Positions 28,501-44,200 of a DNA stretch of 64,000 nucleotides are shown here, in pieces. Numbering within the stretch: the first letter of the stretch is position 1; each line of letters opens with the position of its first letter. The notes under the pieces are model-generated. The model was not told where the DNA came from and did not search any database. It was given only the letters and a program-made list of their open reading frames with translations. Position numbers and translations under genes: made by a program. The stretch comes from Squalus acanthias (Eukaryota), in contig CM059438.1 in assembly GCA_030390025.1 (NCBI GenBank), positions 58,282,001-58,346,000 of the forward strand, in the 5' to 3' direction.

Positions 28501-31500
28501 CAGACAGTCTCTGGGGGATGGAGCTGGGTACAGACAGACTGAGGAATGGCGTTGGGTAGAGGCAGAGTCTGGGAATGGAGCTAGGTACAGACAGACTCTT
28601 GGAATGGTGCTGGGTACAGGCAGACTCTGTGAATGGAGCTGGCTACAGGCAGACTAGGGGAATGGAGCTGGTTACAGACAGATTCTTGGGAATGCAGCTG
28701 GTTACAGACAGACTGGGGAACGGAGCTGGATACAGACAGACTGGGGAATGGAGTACAGACAGATTCTGGGAATGGAACTCGGTACAGATAGACTCTGGGG
28801 AATGGAGCTGGGTACAGAAGACTGGGGAATAGAGCTGGGTGCAGACAGACTTTGGGGAATGGAGCTGGGTACAGACAGTCTCTGGGGGATGGAGCTGGGT
28901 ACAGACAGAGTGAGGAATGGAGTTGGGTAGTGGCAGAGTCTGGGAATGGAACTGGGTGCAGACAGAATTTGGGAATGGAGCTGGGTACAGACAGACAGAG
29001 GAATGGCGTTGGGTAGAGGCAGAGTCTGGGAATGGAGCTGGGTACAGACAGACTCTTGGAATGTTGCGGGGTACAGAAAGACTCTGGGAATGGAGCTGGG
29101 TACAGACAGACTTCGGGAATGGAGCTGGGTATAGACAGACTCTGGGGAATGGAGCTCGGTACAGGCGGACTCTGGGGAATGGAGCTTGTTACAGAGAGAC
29201 TGTGAAACAGAGCTGGATACAGACAGACTGGAGAATGGAGCAGGGTTCAGAGAGAATGGGGAATGAAGCTGGGTACAGACAGACTATGGGAATGAAGCTG
29301 GGTACAGACAGACACTGGGAATGGTGTTGGGTACAGACGGACTCTGGGGAAGAGAGCTGGTTACCGACAGATTCTGGGAATGGAGCTGGGTACAGATAGA
29401 CTCTGGGGAATGGAGCTGGGTACAGAGAGTCTCTGGGGAATGGAGTTGGGTGCAGACGGACTGAGGAATGGTGTTGGGTAGAGGCAGACTCTGGGAATGG
29501 AGCTGGCCACAGACAGAATTTGGAAATGGAGCTGGGCACAGGCAGAATTTGGGAATGGAGCTGGGTACAGAAAGACTATCGGAATGGAGCTGGATCCAGA
29601 CAGACTCTGTGAATGGAGCTGGGTACAGACAGACTAGAGAATGGAGCTTGGTTCAGAGAGACTGGGGAATGGAGCTGGGTACAGGCAGACCAGGGGAATG
29701 GAGCTGGTTACAGACAGATTCTTGGTAATGCAGCTGGTTACAGACAGACTGGGGAACGGAGCTGGATACAGACAGACTGGGGAATGGAGTACAGACAGAT
29801 TCCGGGAATGGAGCTCGGTACAGACAGACTTTGGGGAATGGAGCTGGGTACAGACAGAGTGCCGAATGGCGTTGGGTAGTGGCAGAGTCTGGGAATGGAA
29901 CTGGGTACAGACAGAATTTGGGAATGGAGCTGGGTACAGACAGACTGAGGAATGGCGTTGGGTAGAGGCAGAGTCTGGGAATGGAGCTGGGTACAGACAG
30001 ACTCTTGGAATGTTGCGGGGTACAGAAAGACTCTGGGAATGGAGCTGGGTACAGACGGACTCTGGGGAATGGAGCTTGGTACAGACAGATTCTGGGAATG
30101 GAGCTGGGTACAGATAGACTCTGGGGAATGGAGCTGGGTACAGAGAGTCTCTGGGGAATGGAGTTGGGTACAGACAGACTGAGGAATGGTGTTGGGTTGA
30201 GGCAGAGTCTGGGAATGGAGCTGGATACAGACAGAATTTGGGCATGGAGTTGGGTACAGACAGACTATGGGGATGGAGCTGGGTACAGACAGACTCTGGG
30301 AATGGAGCTGGGTACAGACAGACTCTGGGGAATGGAACACGGTACAGGCAGACTCTGGGGAATGTAGCTGGGTACAGACAGAATCTGTGAATGGAGCTGG
30401 GAACAGACAGACTCTGTGAATGGAGCTGGGTACAGACAGACTCTGTGAATGAAGCTGGGTACAGGCAGACTAGGGGAATGGAGCTGGGTACAGACAGAAC
30501 CTGGGAATGGAGCTGGGTACAGACAGACTATGGGAATGGATCTGGGTACAGACAGACTCTGGGAAATGGTGCTGGGTACAGACAGACTCTGGGGAATCGA
30601 ACTCGGTACAGGCGTACTCTTGGGAATGGAGCTGGGTACACGCAGACGAGAGAATGGAGCTTGGTTCAGAGAGACTGGGGAATGGAGCTGGGTACAGACA
30701 GACTAGGGGAATGGAGCTGGTTACAGACAGATTCTGGGGAATGCAGCTGGTTACAGACAGACTGGCGAACGGAGCTGGATACAGACAGACTTGGGAATGG
30801 AGTACAGACAGATTCTGGGAATGGAGCTCGGTACAGATTGACTGTGGGGAATGGAGCTGGGTACAGAAGACTGGGGAATAGAGCTGGGTACAGACAAACT
30901 TTGGGGAATGGAGCTGGGTACAGACAGTCTCTGGGGGATGGAGTTGGGTACAGACAGACTGAGGAATAGCGTTGGGTAGAGGCAGAGTCTGGGAATGGAG
31001 CTAGGTACAGACAGACTCTTGGAATGTTGTTGGGTACAGAAAGACTCTGGGAATGGAGCTGGGTACTGTCAGATTCTGGGGAATGGAGCTGGGTACAGAC
31101 CGACTCTGTGGAATGGATCTTGTACAGCCAGACATTGGGAAATCGAGTTGGGTACAGACAGACTCTGGGAATACAGCTGTGTACAGACAGACTCTGCGAA
31201 AGGATCTCATTACAGACAGACTGGAGAATGGAACTGTGTACAGACAGACTCGTGGGATCGGAGCCGGGTACAGACAGTCTCCAGGAATCGAGCTGGGTAC
31301 AGTAAGACTCTCGGGAATGGAGCTGGGTACAGACAGACTTCGGGAATGGAGCTGCGTATAGACAGACTCTGGGGAATGGAGCTCGGTACAGGCGGACTCT
31401 GGGGAATGAAGCTGGGTACAGACAGACTCTGGGGAATGGAGCTGGTTACAGAGAGACTGTGGAACAGAGCTGGATACAGACAGACTGGAGAATGGAGCAG

Positions 31501-34500
31501 GGTTTAGAGAGAATGGGGAATGAAGCTGGGTACAGACAGATTCTAGGAATGGAGCTAGGTACAGACAGACACTGGGAATGATGTTGGGTACAGACGGACT
31601 CTGGGGCATGGAGCTGGGTACAGACAGATTCTGGGAATGGAGCTGGGTACAGACAGACTAGAGAATGCAGCTGGTTACAGAGAGACTGGGGAACGGAGCT
31701 GGATACAGACGGACTGGGGAATGGAGTACAGACAGATTCTGGGAATGGAGCTCGGTACAGATAGACTCTGGGGAATGGAGCTGGGTTCAGAAGACTGGGG
31801 AATAGAGCTGGGTACAGACAGTCTCTGGGGGATGGAGCTGGGTACAGACAGAGTGAGGAATGGAGTTGGGTAGTGGCAGAGTCTGGGAATGGAACTGGGT
31901 GCAGACAGAATTTGGGAATGGAGCTGGGTACAGACAGACTGAGGAATGGCGTTGGGTAGATGCAGAGTCTAGGAATGGAGCTGGGCACAGACAGACTCTG
32001 TGAATGGAGCTGGGTAAAGGCAGACTTGGGGAATGGAGCTGGGTAAAGGCAGACTAGGGGAATGGAGCTGGTTACAGACAGACTCTGGGAATGGTACTGG
32101 GTATAGACAGGCTCTGAAGAATGGAACTCGGTACAGACAGACTCTGTGAATGGAGCTGGGTACAGACAGACTCTGTGAATGGAGCTGGGTACAGGCAGAC
32201 TAGGGGAATGGAGCTGGTTACAGACAGATTCTTGGGAATGCAGCTGGTTACAGACAGACTGGGGAACGGAGCTGGATACAGACAGAGTGGGGAATGGAGT
32301 ACAGACAGATTCTGGGAATGGAGCTGGGTACAGACAGACTCTGGGGAATGGAACTTGTACAGACAGACATTGGGAAATCGAGCTGTGTACAGAGTGACTC
32401 TGGGAATACTGATGTGTATAGACAGACTCTGTGAATGGAGCTGGGTACAGACAGACTCTGTGAATGGAGCTGGGTACAGACAGACTCTGGGGAATGGAGC
32501 TGGTTACAGAGAGACTGTGGAACAGAGCTGGATACAGACAGAATTTGGGAATGGAGCTGGGTACAGACAGACTGAGGAATGGCGTTGAGTAGATGCAGAG
32601 TCTGGGAATGGAGCTGCGTACAGACAGACTATGGGAATGGATCTGGGTACAGACAGACTGGAGAATGGAGCTGGATACAGTCAGATTCTGGGGAATGGAG
32701 CTGGGTACAGAGAGACTCTGGGGAATGGAACTTGTACAGACAGACATTGGGAAATCGAGCTGGGTACAGAGTGACTCTGGGAATACTGATGTGTACAGAC
32801 AGACTCTGGGAATGGATCTGGTTACAGACAGACTGGGGAATGGAGCTGGTTACAGACAGACTGGAGAATGGAACTGGTTACAGTCAAACTTCGGGAATGG
32901 AGCTGGGTATAGACAGTCTATGGGGAATGGAGCTCGGTACAGGCGGACTCTGGGGAATGGAGCTGGTTACAGACAGACACTGGGAATGGTGCTGGGTACG
33001 GATGGACTCTGGGGAATGGAGCTGGGTACTGACAGATTCTGGGAATGGAGCTCGGTACAGATAGACTCTGGGGAATTAAACTGGGTACTGAAGACTGGGG
33101 AATAGAGCTGGGTACAGACAGACTTTGGGGAATGGAGCTTGGTACAGACAGTCTCTGGGGGATGGAGCTGGGTACAGACAGTATTTGGGAATGGAGCTGG
33201 GTACAGGCAGACTGAGGAATGGCGTTGGGTAGAGGCAGAGTGTGGGAATGGAGCTGCGTACAGACAGACTCTGGGAATGGTGCTGGGTACAGAAAGACTC
33301 TGGGAATGGATCTGGGTACAGACAGACTCTGGGAATGGATATTGTACAGACAGACATTGGGAAATCGAGCTGGGTACAGACAGTCTCTGGGGAATGGAGT
33401 TGGGTACAGACAGACTCTGTGAATGGCGCTGGGTACAGGCAGACTGGAGAATGGAGCTGGTTACAGTCAGATTCTGGGGAATGCAGCTGGTTAGAGACAG
33501 ACTGGGGAACGGAGCTGGATACAGAGAGACTGGGGAATGGAGTACTGACAGATTCTGGGAATGGAGCTCTGTACAGATAGACTCTGGGGAATGGAGCTGG
33601 GTACAGAAGACTGGGGAATAGAGCTGGGTACAGACAGACTTTGGGGGATGGAGCTGGGTACAGACAGAGTGAGGAATGGAGTTGGGTAGTGGCAGAGTCT
33701 GGGAATGGAACTGGGTGCAGACAGAATTTGGGAATGGAGCTGGGTACAGACAGACTGAGGAATGGCGTTGGGTAGAGGCAGAGTCTGGGAATGGAGCTAG
33801 GAACAGACAGACTCTTGGAATGGTGCTGGGTACAGAAAGACTCTGGGAATGGAGCTGGGTACAGACAGACTGGAGAATGGAGCTGGTTACAGTCAGATTC
33901 TGGGGAATGGAGCTGGGTACAGACAGACTCTGTGGAATGGATCATGTACAGACAGACATTGGGAAATCGAGCTGGGTACAGACAGACTCTGGGAATACAG
34001 CTGTGTACAGACAGACTCTGGGAATGGATCTCGTTACAGACAGACTGGGGAATGGAGCTGGGTACAGACAGACTGGAGAATGGACCTGGGTACAGACAGA
34101 CTCGCGGGATAGGAGCCGGGTACAGACAGTCTCCAGGAATCGAGCTGGGTACAGGAAGACTCTCGGGAATGGAGCTGGGTACAGACAGACTTCGGGAATG
34201 GAGCTGGTTACAGAGAGACTGTGGAACAGAGCTGGATACAGACAGACTGGGGAGTGGAGCAGGGTTTAGAGAGAATGGGGAATGGAGCTAGGTACAGACA
34301 GACTCTGGGAATGATGTTGGGTACAGACGGACTCTGGGGCATGGAGCTGGGTACAGACAGATTCTGGGAATGGAGCTGGGTACAGATAGACTCTGGGGAA
34401 TGGAGCTAGGTACAGACAGTGTCTGGGGAATGGAGTTGGGTACAGACAGACTGCGGAATGGGGTTGGGTAGAGGCAGTGTCTGGGAATGGAGCTGGATAC

Positions 34501-37500
34501 AGACAGAATTTTGGAATGGAGCTGGGTACAGACAGACTATGGGAATGGAGCTGGGTACAGACAGACTCTGGTAATGGAGCTGGGTACAGACAGACTCTGG
34601 GGAATGGAAATCGGTACAGGCGGACTCTGGGGAATCGAGCTGGGTACAGACAGAATCTGTGAATGGAGCTGGGAACAGACAGACTCTGTGAATGGAGCTG
34701 GGTACAGGCAGACTAGGGGAATGGTGCTGGGTACAGACAGACCCTGGGAATGGAGCTGGGTACAGACAGACTATGGGAATGGAGCAGGGTACAGACAGAC
34801 TCTGGGAATGGTGCTGGGTACAGACAGGCTCTGGGGAATGGAACTCGGTACAGACAGACTCTGTGAATGGAGCTGGGTACAGACAGACTCTGTGAATGGA
34901 GCTGGGTACAGGCAGACTAGGGGAATGGAGCTGGTTACAGACAGATTCTGGGGAATGCAGCTGGTTACAGACAGACTGGGGAACGGAGCTGGATACAGAC
35001 AGACTGGGGAATGGAGTACAGACAGATTCTGGGAATGGAGCTCGGTACAGTCAGACTCTTGGGAATGGAGCTGGGTACAGAAGACTGGGGAATAGAGCTG
35101 GGTACATACAGACTTTGGGGAATGGAGCTGGGTACAGACAGTCTCTAGGGGATGGAGCTGGGTACAGACAGACTGAGGAATGGAGTTGGGTAGAGGCAGA
35201 GTCTGGGAATGGATCTGGGTACAGACAGAATTTGGGAATGGAGCTGGGTACAGACAGACTCTTGGAATGGAGCTGGGTACAGACAGACTGGAGAATGGAG
35301 CTGGGTACAGTCAGATTCTGTTGAATGGAGCTGGGTACAGAGAGACTCTGGGGAATGGATCTTATACGGACAGACATTGGAAAATCAAGCTGGGTACAGA
35401 CAGACTCTGGTAATACAGCTGTGTACAGACAGACTCTGGGAATGGATCTGGTTACACAAAGACTGGGGAATGGAGCTGGGTACATAAAGACTCTGCGAAG
35501 GGAACTGGGTACAGACAGACTCTGGGAAGGGAGCTGGGTAAAGACAGTCTCCAGGAATCGAGCTGGGTACAGGAATACTCTGGGGAATGCAGCTGGGTAC
35601 AGACAGAGTTCGGGAATGGAGCTGGCTATAGACAGACTCTGGGGAATGGAGCTCGGTACAGGCGGACTCTGGGGAATGGAGCTGGGTACAGACAGACTCT
35701 GGGGAATGGAACTGGTTACAGAGAGACTGTGGAACAAAGCTGGATACAGACAGACTGGGGAATCGAGCAGGGTTCAGAGAGAATGGGGAATGAAGCTGGG
35801 TACAGACAGAGTCTTGGAATGGAGCTGGGTACAGACGGACTCTGGGGAATAGAGCTGGGTACAGACAGATTCTGGGAATGGAGCTGGGTACAGATAGACT
35901 CTGGGGAATGGAGCTGGGTACAGACAGTCTCTGGGGAATGGAGTTGGGTACAGACAGACTGAGGAATGGTGTTGATAGAGGCAGAGTCTGGGAATGGAGC
36001 TGGATACAGACAGAATTTGGGAATGGAGCTGGGTACAGACAGACTATGTGAATGGAGCATGGTACAGACAGACTCTGGGAATGGAGCTGGGTACAGACAG
36101 ACTCTGGGGAATGGAACTTGGTGCAGGCAGACTCTGGGGAATAGAGCTGGGTACAGACAGACTCTGTGAATGGAGCTGGGTACAGACAGACTCTGTGAAT
36201 GGAGCTGGGTAGAGACAGACTCTGTGAATGGAGCTGGGTACAGGCAGCCTAGGGGAATTGGGCTGGGTACAGACAGACCCTGGGAATGGAGCTGGGTACA
36301 GACAGACTCTGTGAATGGAGCTGGGTACAGACAGACTCTGTGAATGGAGCTGGGTACAGGCAGACAAGGGGAATGGAGTTGGTTACAGACAGATTCTGGG
36401 GAATGCAGCTGGTTATAGACAGACTGGGGAACGGAGCTGGATACAGACAGACTGGGGAATGGAGTACAGACAGATTCTGGGATTCGAGCTCGGTACAGAT
36501 AGAATCTGGGGAATGGAGCTGGGTACAGAAGACTGTGGAGTAGAGCTGGGTACAGACAGAATTTGGGAATGGAGCTGGGTACAGACAGACTGAGGAATGG
36601 CGTTGAGTAGATGCAGAGTCTGGGAATGGAGCTGCGTACAGACAGACTATGGGAATGGATTTGGGTACAGACAGACTCTTGGAATGGTGATGGGTACAGA
36701 AAGACTGTGGGAATGGAGCTGGGTGCAGACAGACTGGAGAATGGAGCTGGGTACAGTCAGATTCTGGGGAATGGAGCTGGGTACAGAGAGACTCTGGGGA
36801 ATGGATCTTGTATGGACAGACATTGGGAAATCGAGCTGGGTACAGACAGACTCTGGGAATGGATCTGGTTACAGAAAGACTGGGGAATGGAGCTGGGTAC
36901 ATAAAGACTCTGCGAAGGGAGCTGGGTACAGACAGACTGGAGAATAGAACTGGGTACAGACAGACTCTGGGGAAAGGAGCTGGGTACAGACAGTCTCCAG
37001 GAATCGAGCTGGGTACAGGCAGACTCTGGGGAATGGAGCTGGGTACAGACAGACTTCGGGAATGGAGCTGGGTATAGACAGTCTATGGGGAATGGAGGTC
37101 GGTACAGGCGGACTCTGGGGAATGGAGCTGGGTACAGACAGACTCTGGGGAATGGAGCTGGTTACAGAGAGACTGGGGAACGGAGCTGGATACAGACAGA
37201 CTCTGGGAATGGAGCTGGGTACAGACAGACACTGGGAATGGTGCTGGGTACGGACGGACTCTGGGGAATGGAGCTGGGTACTGACAGATTCTGGGAATGG
37301 AGCTCGGTACAGATAGACTCTGGGGAATGGAGCTGGGTACTGAAGATTGGGGAATAGAGCTGGGTACAGACAGACTTTGGGGAATGGAGCTTGGTACAGA
37401 CAGTCTCTGGGGTATGGAGCTGGGTACAGACAGACTGAGGAATGGAGTTGGGTAGAGACAGAGTCTGGGAATGGAGCTGGGTGCAGACAGTATTTGGGAA

Positions 37501-40500
37501 TGGAGCTGGGTACAGACAGACTGAGTAATGGCGTTGGGTAGAGGCAGAGTGTGGGAATGGAGCTGCGTACAGACAGTCTCTGGGGAATGGAGTTGGGTAC
37601 AGACAGACTCTGTGAATGGCGCTGGTTACAGATAGACTAGAGAATGGAGCTTGGTTCAGAGAGACTGGGGAATGGTGCTGGCTACAGGCAGACTTGGGGA
37701 ATGGAGCTGGTTACAGACAGATTCTGGGGAATGCAGCTGGTTAGAGACAGACTGGGGAACGGAGCTGGATACAGACAGACTGGGGAATGAAGTACTGACA
37801 GATTGTGGGGATGGAGCTCTGTACAGATAGACTCTGGGGAATGGAGCTGGGTACAGAAGACTGGGGTATAGAGCTGGGTACAGACAGACTTTGGGGGATG
37901 GAGCTGGGTACAGACAGAGTGAGGAAATGGAGCTGGCTATAGACAGACTCTGGGGAATGGAGCTCGGTACAGGCGGACTCTGGGGAATGGAGCTGGGTAC
38001 AGACAGACTCTGGGGAATGGAACTTGGTGCAGACAGACTCTGTGAATGGAGCTGGGTACAGACAGACTCTGTGAATGGAGCTGGGTACAGACAGACTCTG
38101 TGAATGGAGCTGGGTACAGACAGACTCTGTGAATGGAGCTGGGTACAGACAGACTCTGTGAATGGAGCTGGGTACAGACAGACTCGGTGAATGGAGCTGG
38201 GTACAGGAAGACTAGGGGAATGGAGCTGGGTACAGACAGACCCTGGGAATGGAGCTGGGTACAGATAGACTCTGTGAATGGAGCTGGGTACAGACAGACT
38301 CTGTGAATGGAGCTGGGTACAGACAGACTCTGTGAATGGAGCTGGGTACAGGCAGACAAGGGGAATGGAGCTGGTTACAGACAGATTCTGGGGAATGCAG
38401 CTGGTTACAGACAGACTGGGGAACGGAGCTGGATACAGACAGACTGGGGAATGGAGTACAGACAGATTCTGGGATTCGAGCTCGGTACAGATAGAATCTG
38501 GGGAATGGAGCTGGGTACAGAAGACTGTGGAGTAGAGCTGGGTACAGACAGAATTTGGGAATGGAGCTGGGTACAGACAGACTGAGGAATGGCGTTGAGT
38601 AGATGCAGAGTCTGGGAATGGAGCTGCGTACAGACAGACTATGGGAATGGATTTGGGTACAGACAGACTCTTGGAATGGTGATGGGTACAGACAGACTCT
38701 GGGAATGGATCTGGTTACAGAAAGACTGGGGAATGGAGCTGGGTACATAAAGACTCTGCGAAGGGAGCTGGGTACGGACAGACTGGAGAATAGAACTGGG
38801 TACAGACAGACTCTGGGGAAAGGAGCCGGGTACAGACAGTCTCCAGGAATCGAGCTGGGTACAGGCAGACTCTGGGGAATGGAGCTGGGTACAGACAGAC
38901 TCTGGGGAATGGAGCTGGTTAAAGAGAGACTTGGGAACGGAGCTGGATACAGACAGACTCTGGGAATGGAGCTGGGTACAGACAGACACTGGGAATGGTG
39001 CTGGGTACGGACGGACTCTGGGGAATGGAGCTGGGTACTGACAGATTCTGGGAATGGAGCTCGGTACAGATAGACTCTGGGGAATGGAGCTGGGTACTGA
39101 AGACTGGGGAATAGAGCTGGGTACAGACAGACTTTGGGGAATGGAGCTTGGTACAGACATTCTCTGGGGTATGGAGCTGGGTACAGACAGACTGAGGAAT
39201 GGCGTTGGGTAGAGGCAGAGTGTGGGAATGGAGCTGCGTACAGACAGTCTCTAGGAATGGTGCTGGGTACAGAAAGACTCTGGGAATGGATCTGGGTACA
39301 GACAGACTGGAGAATGGAGCTGGTTACAGTCAGATTCTGGGGACTGGAGCTGGGTGCAGACAGACTCTGGGAATGGATATTGTACAGACAGACATTGGGA
39401 AATCGAGCTGGGTACAGACAGTCGCTGGGGAATGGAGTTGGGTACAGACAGACTCTGTGAATGGCGCTGGGTACAGATAGACTAGAGAATGGAGCTTGGT
39501 TCAGAGAGACTGGGGAATGGAGCTGGCTACAGGCAGACTAGGGGAATGGAGCTGGTTACAGACAGACTCTGGGAATACAGATGTGTACAGACAGACTCTG
39601 GGAATGGATCTCGTTACAGACAGACTGGGGAATGGAGCTGGGTACATAAAGACTCTGCAAAAGGAGCTGGGTACAGACAGACTGGAGAATGGAACTGGGT
39701 ACAGACAGACTCGCGGGATAGGAGCCGGGTACAGACAGTCTCCAGGAATCGAGCTGGGTACAGGAAGACTCTCGGGAATGGAGCTGGGTGCAGACAGACT
39801 TCGGGAATGGAGCTGCGTATAGACAGACTCTGGGGAATGGAGATCGGTACAGGCGGACTCTGGGGAATGGAGCTGGGTACAGACAGACTCTGGGGAATGG
39901 AGCTGGTTACAGAGAGACTGTGGAACAGAGCTGGATACAGACAGACTGGGGAATGGAGCAGGGTTTAGAGAGAATGGGGAATGAAGCTGGGTGCAGATAG
40001 ATTCTGGGAATGGAGCTGGGTACAGACAGACTCTGGGAATAGAGCTGGGTACAGACAGACTCTGGGGAATGGAAATCAGTACAGGCGGACGCTGGGGAAT
40101 CGAGCTGGGTACTGACAGACTATGGGAATGGAGCAGGGTACAGACAGACTCTGGGAATGGTGCTGAGTACAGACAGGCTCTGTGAATGGAGCTGGGTACA
40201 GGCAGACTCTGTGAATGGAGCTGGGTACAGGCAGACTAGGGGAATGGAGCTGGTTACAGACAGATTCTGGGGAATGCAGCTGGTTACAGACAGACTGGGG
40301 AACAGAGCTGGATACAGACAGACTGGGGAACGGAGTACAGACAGATTCTGGGAATGGAGCTCGGTACAGTCAGACTCTTGGGAATGGAGCTGGGTACAGA
40401 AGACTGGGGAATGGAGCTGGGTACAGACAGACTTTGGGGAATGGAGCTGGGTACAGACAGTCTCTGGGGGATGGAGCTGGGTACAGACAGACTGAGGAAT

Positions 40501-41264
40501 GGAGTTGGGTAGAGGCAGAGTATGGGAATGGATCTGGGTACAGACAGAATTTGGGAATGGAGCTGGGTACAGACAGAATCTTGGAATGGCGCTGGGTACA
40601 GAAAGACTCTGGGAATGGAGCTGGGTACAGACAGACTGGAGAACGGAGCTGGGTACTGTCAGATTCTGGGGAATGGAGCTGGGTACAGAGAGACTCTGGG
40701 AATACAGCTGTGTACAGACAGACTCTGGGAATGGATCTGGTTACAGAAAGACTGGGGAATGGAGCTGTGTAGATAAAGACTCTGCAAAGGGAACTGGGTA
40801 CTGACATACTCTGGGAAGGGAGTTGGGTACAGACAGACTGGAGAATGGAACTGGGTACAGACAGACTCTGGGGAAAGGAGCCGGGTACAGACAGTCTCCA
40901 GGAATCGAGCTGGGTACAGGAAGACTCTGGGGAATGCAGCTGGGTACAGACAGAGTCTGGGAATGGAGCTGGATACAGACAGACTCTGGGGAATGGAACT
41001 CGGTACAGGCGGACTCTGGGGAATGGAGCTGGGTACAGACAGACTCTGTGAATGGAGCTGGGTACAGGCAGACTAGGGGAATGGAGCTGGGTACAGACAG
41101 ACCCTGCGAATGGAGCTGGGTACAGGCAGACTATGGGAATGGAGCTGGGTACAGACAGGCTCTGGGGAAAGGAACTCGGTACAGACAGACTCTGTGAATG
41201 GAGCTGGGTACAGACAGACAGTGAATGGAGCTGGGTACAGGCAGACTAGGGGAATGGAGCTGGT

Positions 41265-44200
41265 TACAGACAGATTCTGGGGAATGCAGCTGGTTACTGA
41301 CAGACTGCAGAACGGAGCTGGATTCAGACAGACTGGAGAATGGAGCTGGTTACAGTCAGATTCTAGGGAATGGAGCTGGGTACAGACAGACTCTGTGGAA
41401 TGGATCATTTACAGACAGACATTGGGAAATCGAGCTGGGTACAGACAGACTGAGGAATGGAGTTGGGTAGAGGCAGAGTCTGGGAATAGATTTGGGTACA
41501 GACAGACTATTGGAATGGAGCTGGGTACAGACAGAATTTGGGAATGTAGCTGGGTACAGACAGACTGGAGAATGCAGCTGGGTACAGTCAGATTCTGGGG
41601 AATGGAGCTGGGTACAGACAGATTCTGGGAATACAGCTGTGTACAGACAGACTCTGGGAATGGATCTGGTTACAGACAGACTGGGGAATGGAGCTGTGTA
41701 CATAAAGACTCTGCGAAGGCAGCTGGGTACTGACATACTCTGGGAATGGAGCTGGGTACAGACAGACTCTGGGAATGGAGCTGGGTACAGACAGACTGGA
41801 GAATGGAACTGGGTACAGTCAGATTCTGGGGAATGGAGCTGGGTACAGACAGACTCTGTGGAATGTAACTTGTACAGACAGACATTGGGAAATCGAGCTG
41901 GGTACAGGCAGACTCTATGAATGGAGCTGGGCACAGGCAGACCAGGGGATTGGAGCTGGGTACAGACAGATTCTGGGGAATGCAGCTGGTTACAGACAGA
42001 CTGGGGAACGGAGCTGGATACAGACAGACTGGGGAACGGAGCTGGATACAGACAGACTGGGGAATGGAGTACAGACAGATTCTGGGAATGGAGCTCGGTA
42101 CAGATAGACTTTGGGGAATGGAGCTGGGTACAGACAGACTTTGGGGAATGGAGCTGGGTACAGACAGACTGAGGAATGGAGTTGGGTAGAGGCAGAGTCT
42201 GGGAATGGATCTGGGTACAGACAGAATTTGGGAATGGAGCTGGGTACAGACAGACTCTGTGGAATGGATCTTGTACAGACAGAAATTGGGAAATCGAGCT
42301 GGGTACAGACAGACTCTGGGAATACAGCTTTGTACAGACAAACTCTGGGAATGGATCTCGTTACAGACAGCCTGGGGAATGGAGCTGGGTACATAAATTC
42401 TCTGCGAAGGGAGCTGGGTACAGACAGACTGGAGAATGGAACTGGGTACAGACAGACTGGAGAATGGAGCTGGGTACAGGAAGACTCTGGGGAATGGAGC
42501 TGGGTACAGACAGACTTTGGGAATGGAGCTGGCTATAGACAGACTCTGGGGAATGGAGCTCGGTACAGGCGGACTCTGTGGAATGGAGCTGGGTACAGAC
42601 AGACTCTGGGGAATGCAGCTGGTTAGAGACAGACTGGGGAACGGAGCTGGATACAGACAGACTGGGGAATGGAGCAGGGTTCGGAGAGAATGGGGAATGA
42701 AGCTGGGTACAGACAGACTCTTGGAATGGAGCTGGGAGCAGACAGACACTGGGAATGGTGTTGGGTACAGACGGACTCTGGGAATGAAGCTGGGCACAGA
42801 CAGATTCTGGGAATGGAGCTGGGTACAGTTAGACTCTGTGGAATGGAGCTGGGTACAGACAGTGTCTGGGGAATGGAGTTGGGTACAGACAGCCTGAGGA
42901 ATAGCGTTGGGTAGAGGCAGAGTCTGGTAATGGAGCTAGGAACAGACAGACTCTTGGAATGGTGCTGGGTACAGAAAGACTCTTGGAATGGAGCTGGGTA
43001 CAGACAGACTGGAGAATGGAGCTGGTTACAGTCAGATTCTGGGGAATGGAGCTGGGTACAGACAGACTCTGTGGAATGGATCATGTACAGACAGACATTG
43101 GGAAATCGAGCTGGGTACAGACAGACTCTGGGAATACAGCTGTGTACAGACAGACTCTGGGAATGGATCTCGTTACAGACAGACTGGGGAATGGAGCTGG
43201 GTATAGAAAGACACTGCGAAAGGAGCTGGGTACAGACAGACTGGAGAATGGACCTCGGTACAGACAGACTCGCGGGATAGGAGCCGGGTACAGACAGTCT
43301 CCAGGAATCGAGCTGGGTACAGGAAGACTCTCGGGAATGGAGCTGGGTACAGACAGATTCTGGGGAATGCAGCTGGTTACTGACAGACTGCAGAACGGAG
43401 CTGGATTCAGACAGACTGGAGAATGGAGCTGGTTACAGTCAGATTCTAGGGAATGGAGCTGGGTACAGACAGACTCTGTGGAATGGATCATTTACAGACA
43501 GACATTGGGAAATCGAGCTGGGTACAGACAGACTGAGGAATGGAGTTGGGTAGAGGCAGAGTCTGGGAATAGATTTGGGTACAGACAGACTATTGGAATG
43601 GAGCTGGGTACAGACAGAATTTGGGAATGGAGCTGGGTACAGACAGACTGGAGAATGCAGCTGGGTACAGTCAGATTCTGGGGAATGGAGCTGGGTACAG
43701 ACAGATTCTGGGAATACAGCTGTGTACAGACAGACTCTGGGAATGGATCTGGTTACAGACAGACTGGGGAATGGAGCTGTGTACATAAAGACTCTGCGAA
43801 GGCAGCTGGGTACTGACATACTCTGGGAATGGAGCTGGGTACAGACAGACTCTGGGAATGGAGCTGGGTACAGACAGACTGGAGAATGGAACTGGGTACA
43901 GTCAGATTCTGGGGAATGGAGCTGGGTACAGACAGACTCTGTGGAATGTAACTTGTACAGACAGACATTGGGAAATCGAGCTGGGTACAGGCAGACTCTA
44001 TGAATGGAGCTGGGTACAGGCAGACCAGGGGATTGGAGCTGGGTACAGACAGATTCTGGGGAATGCAGCTGGTTACAGACAGACTGGGGAACGGAGCTGG
44101 ATACAGACAGACTGGGGAACGGAGCTGGATACAGACAGACTGGGGAATGGAGTACAGACAGATTCTGGGAATGGAGCTCGGTACAGATAGACTTTGGGGA

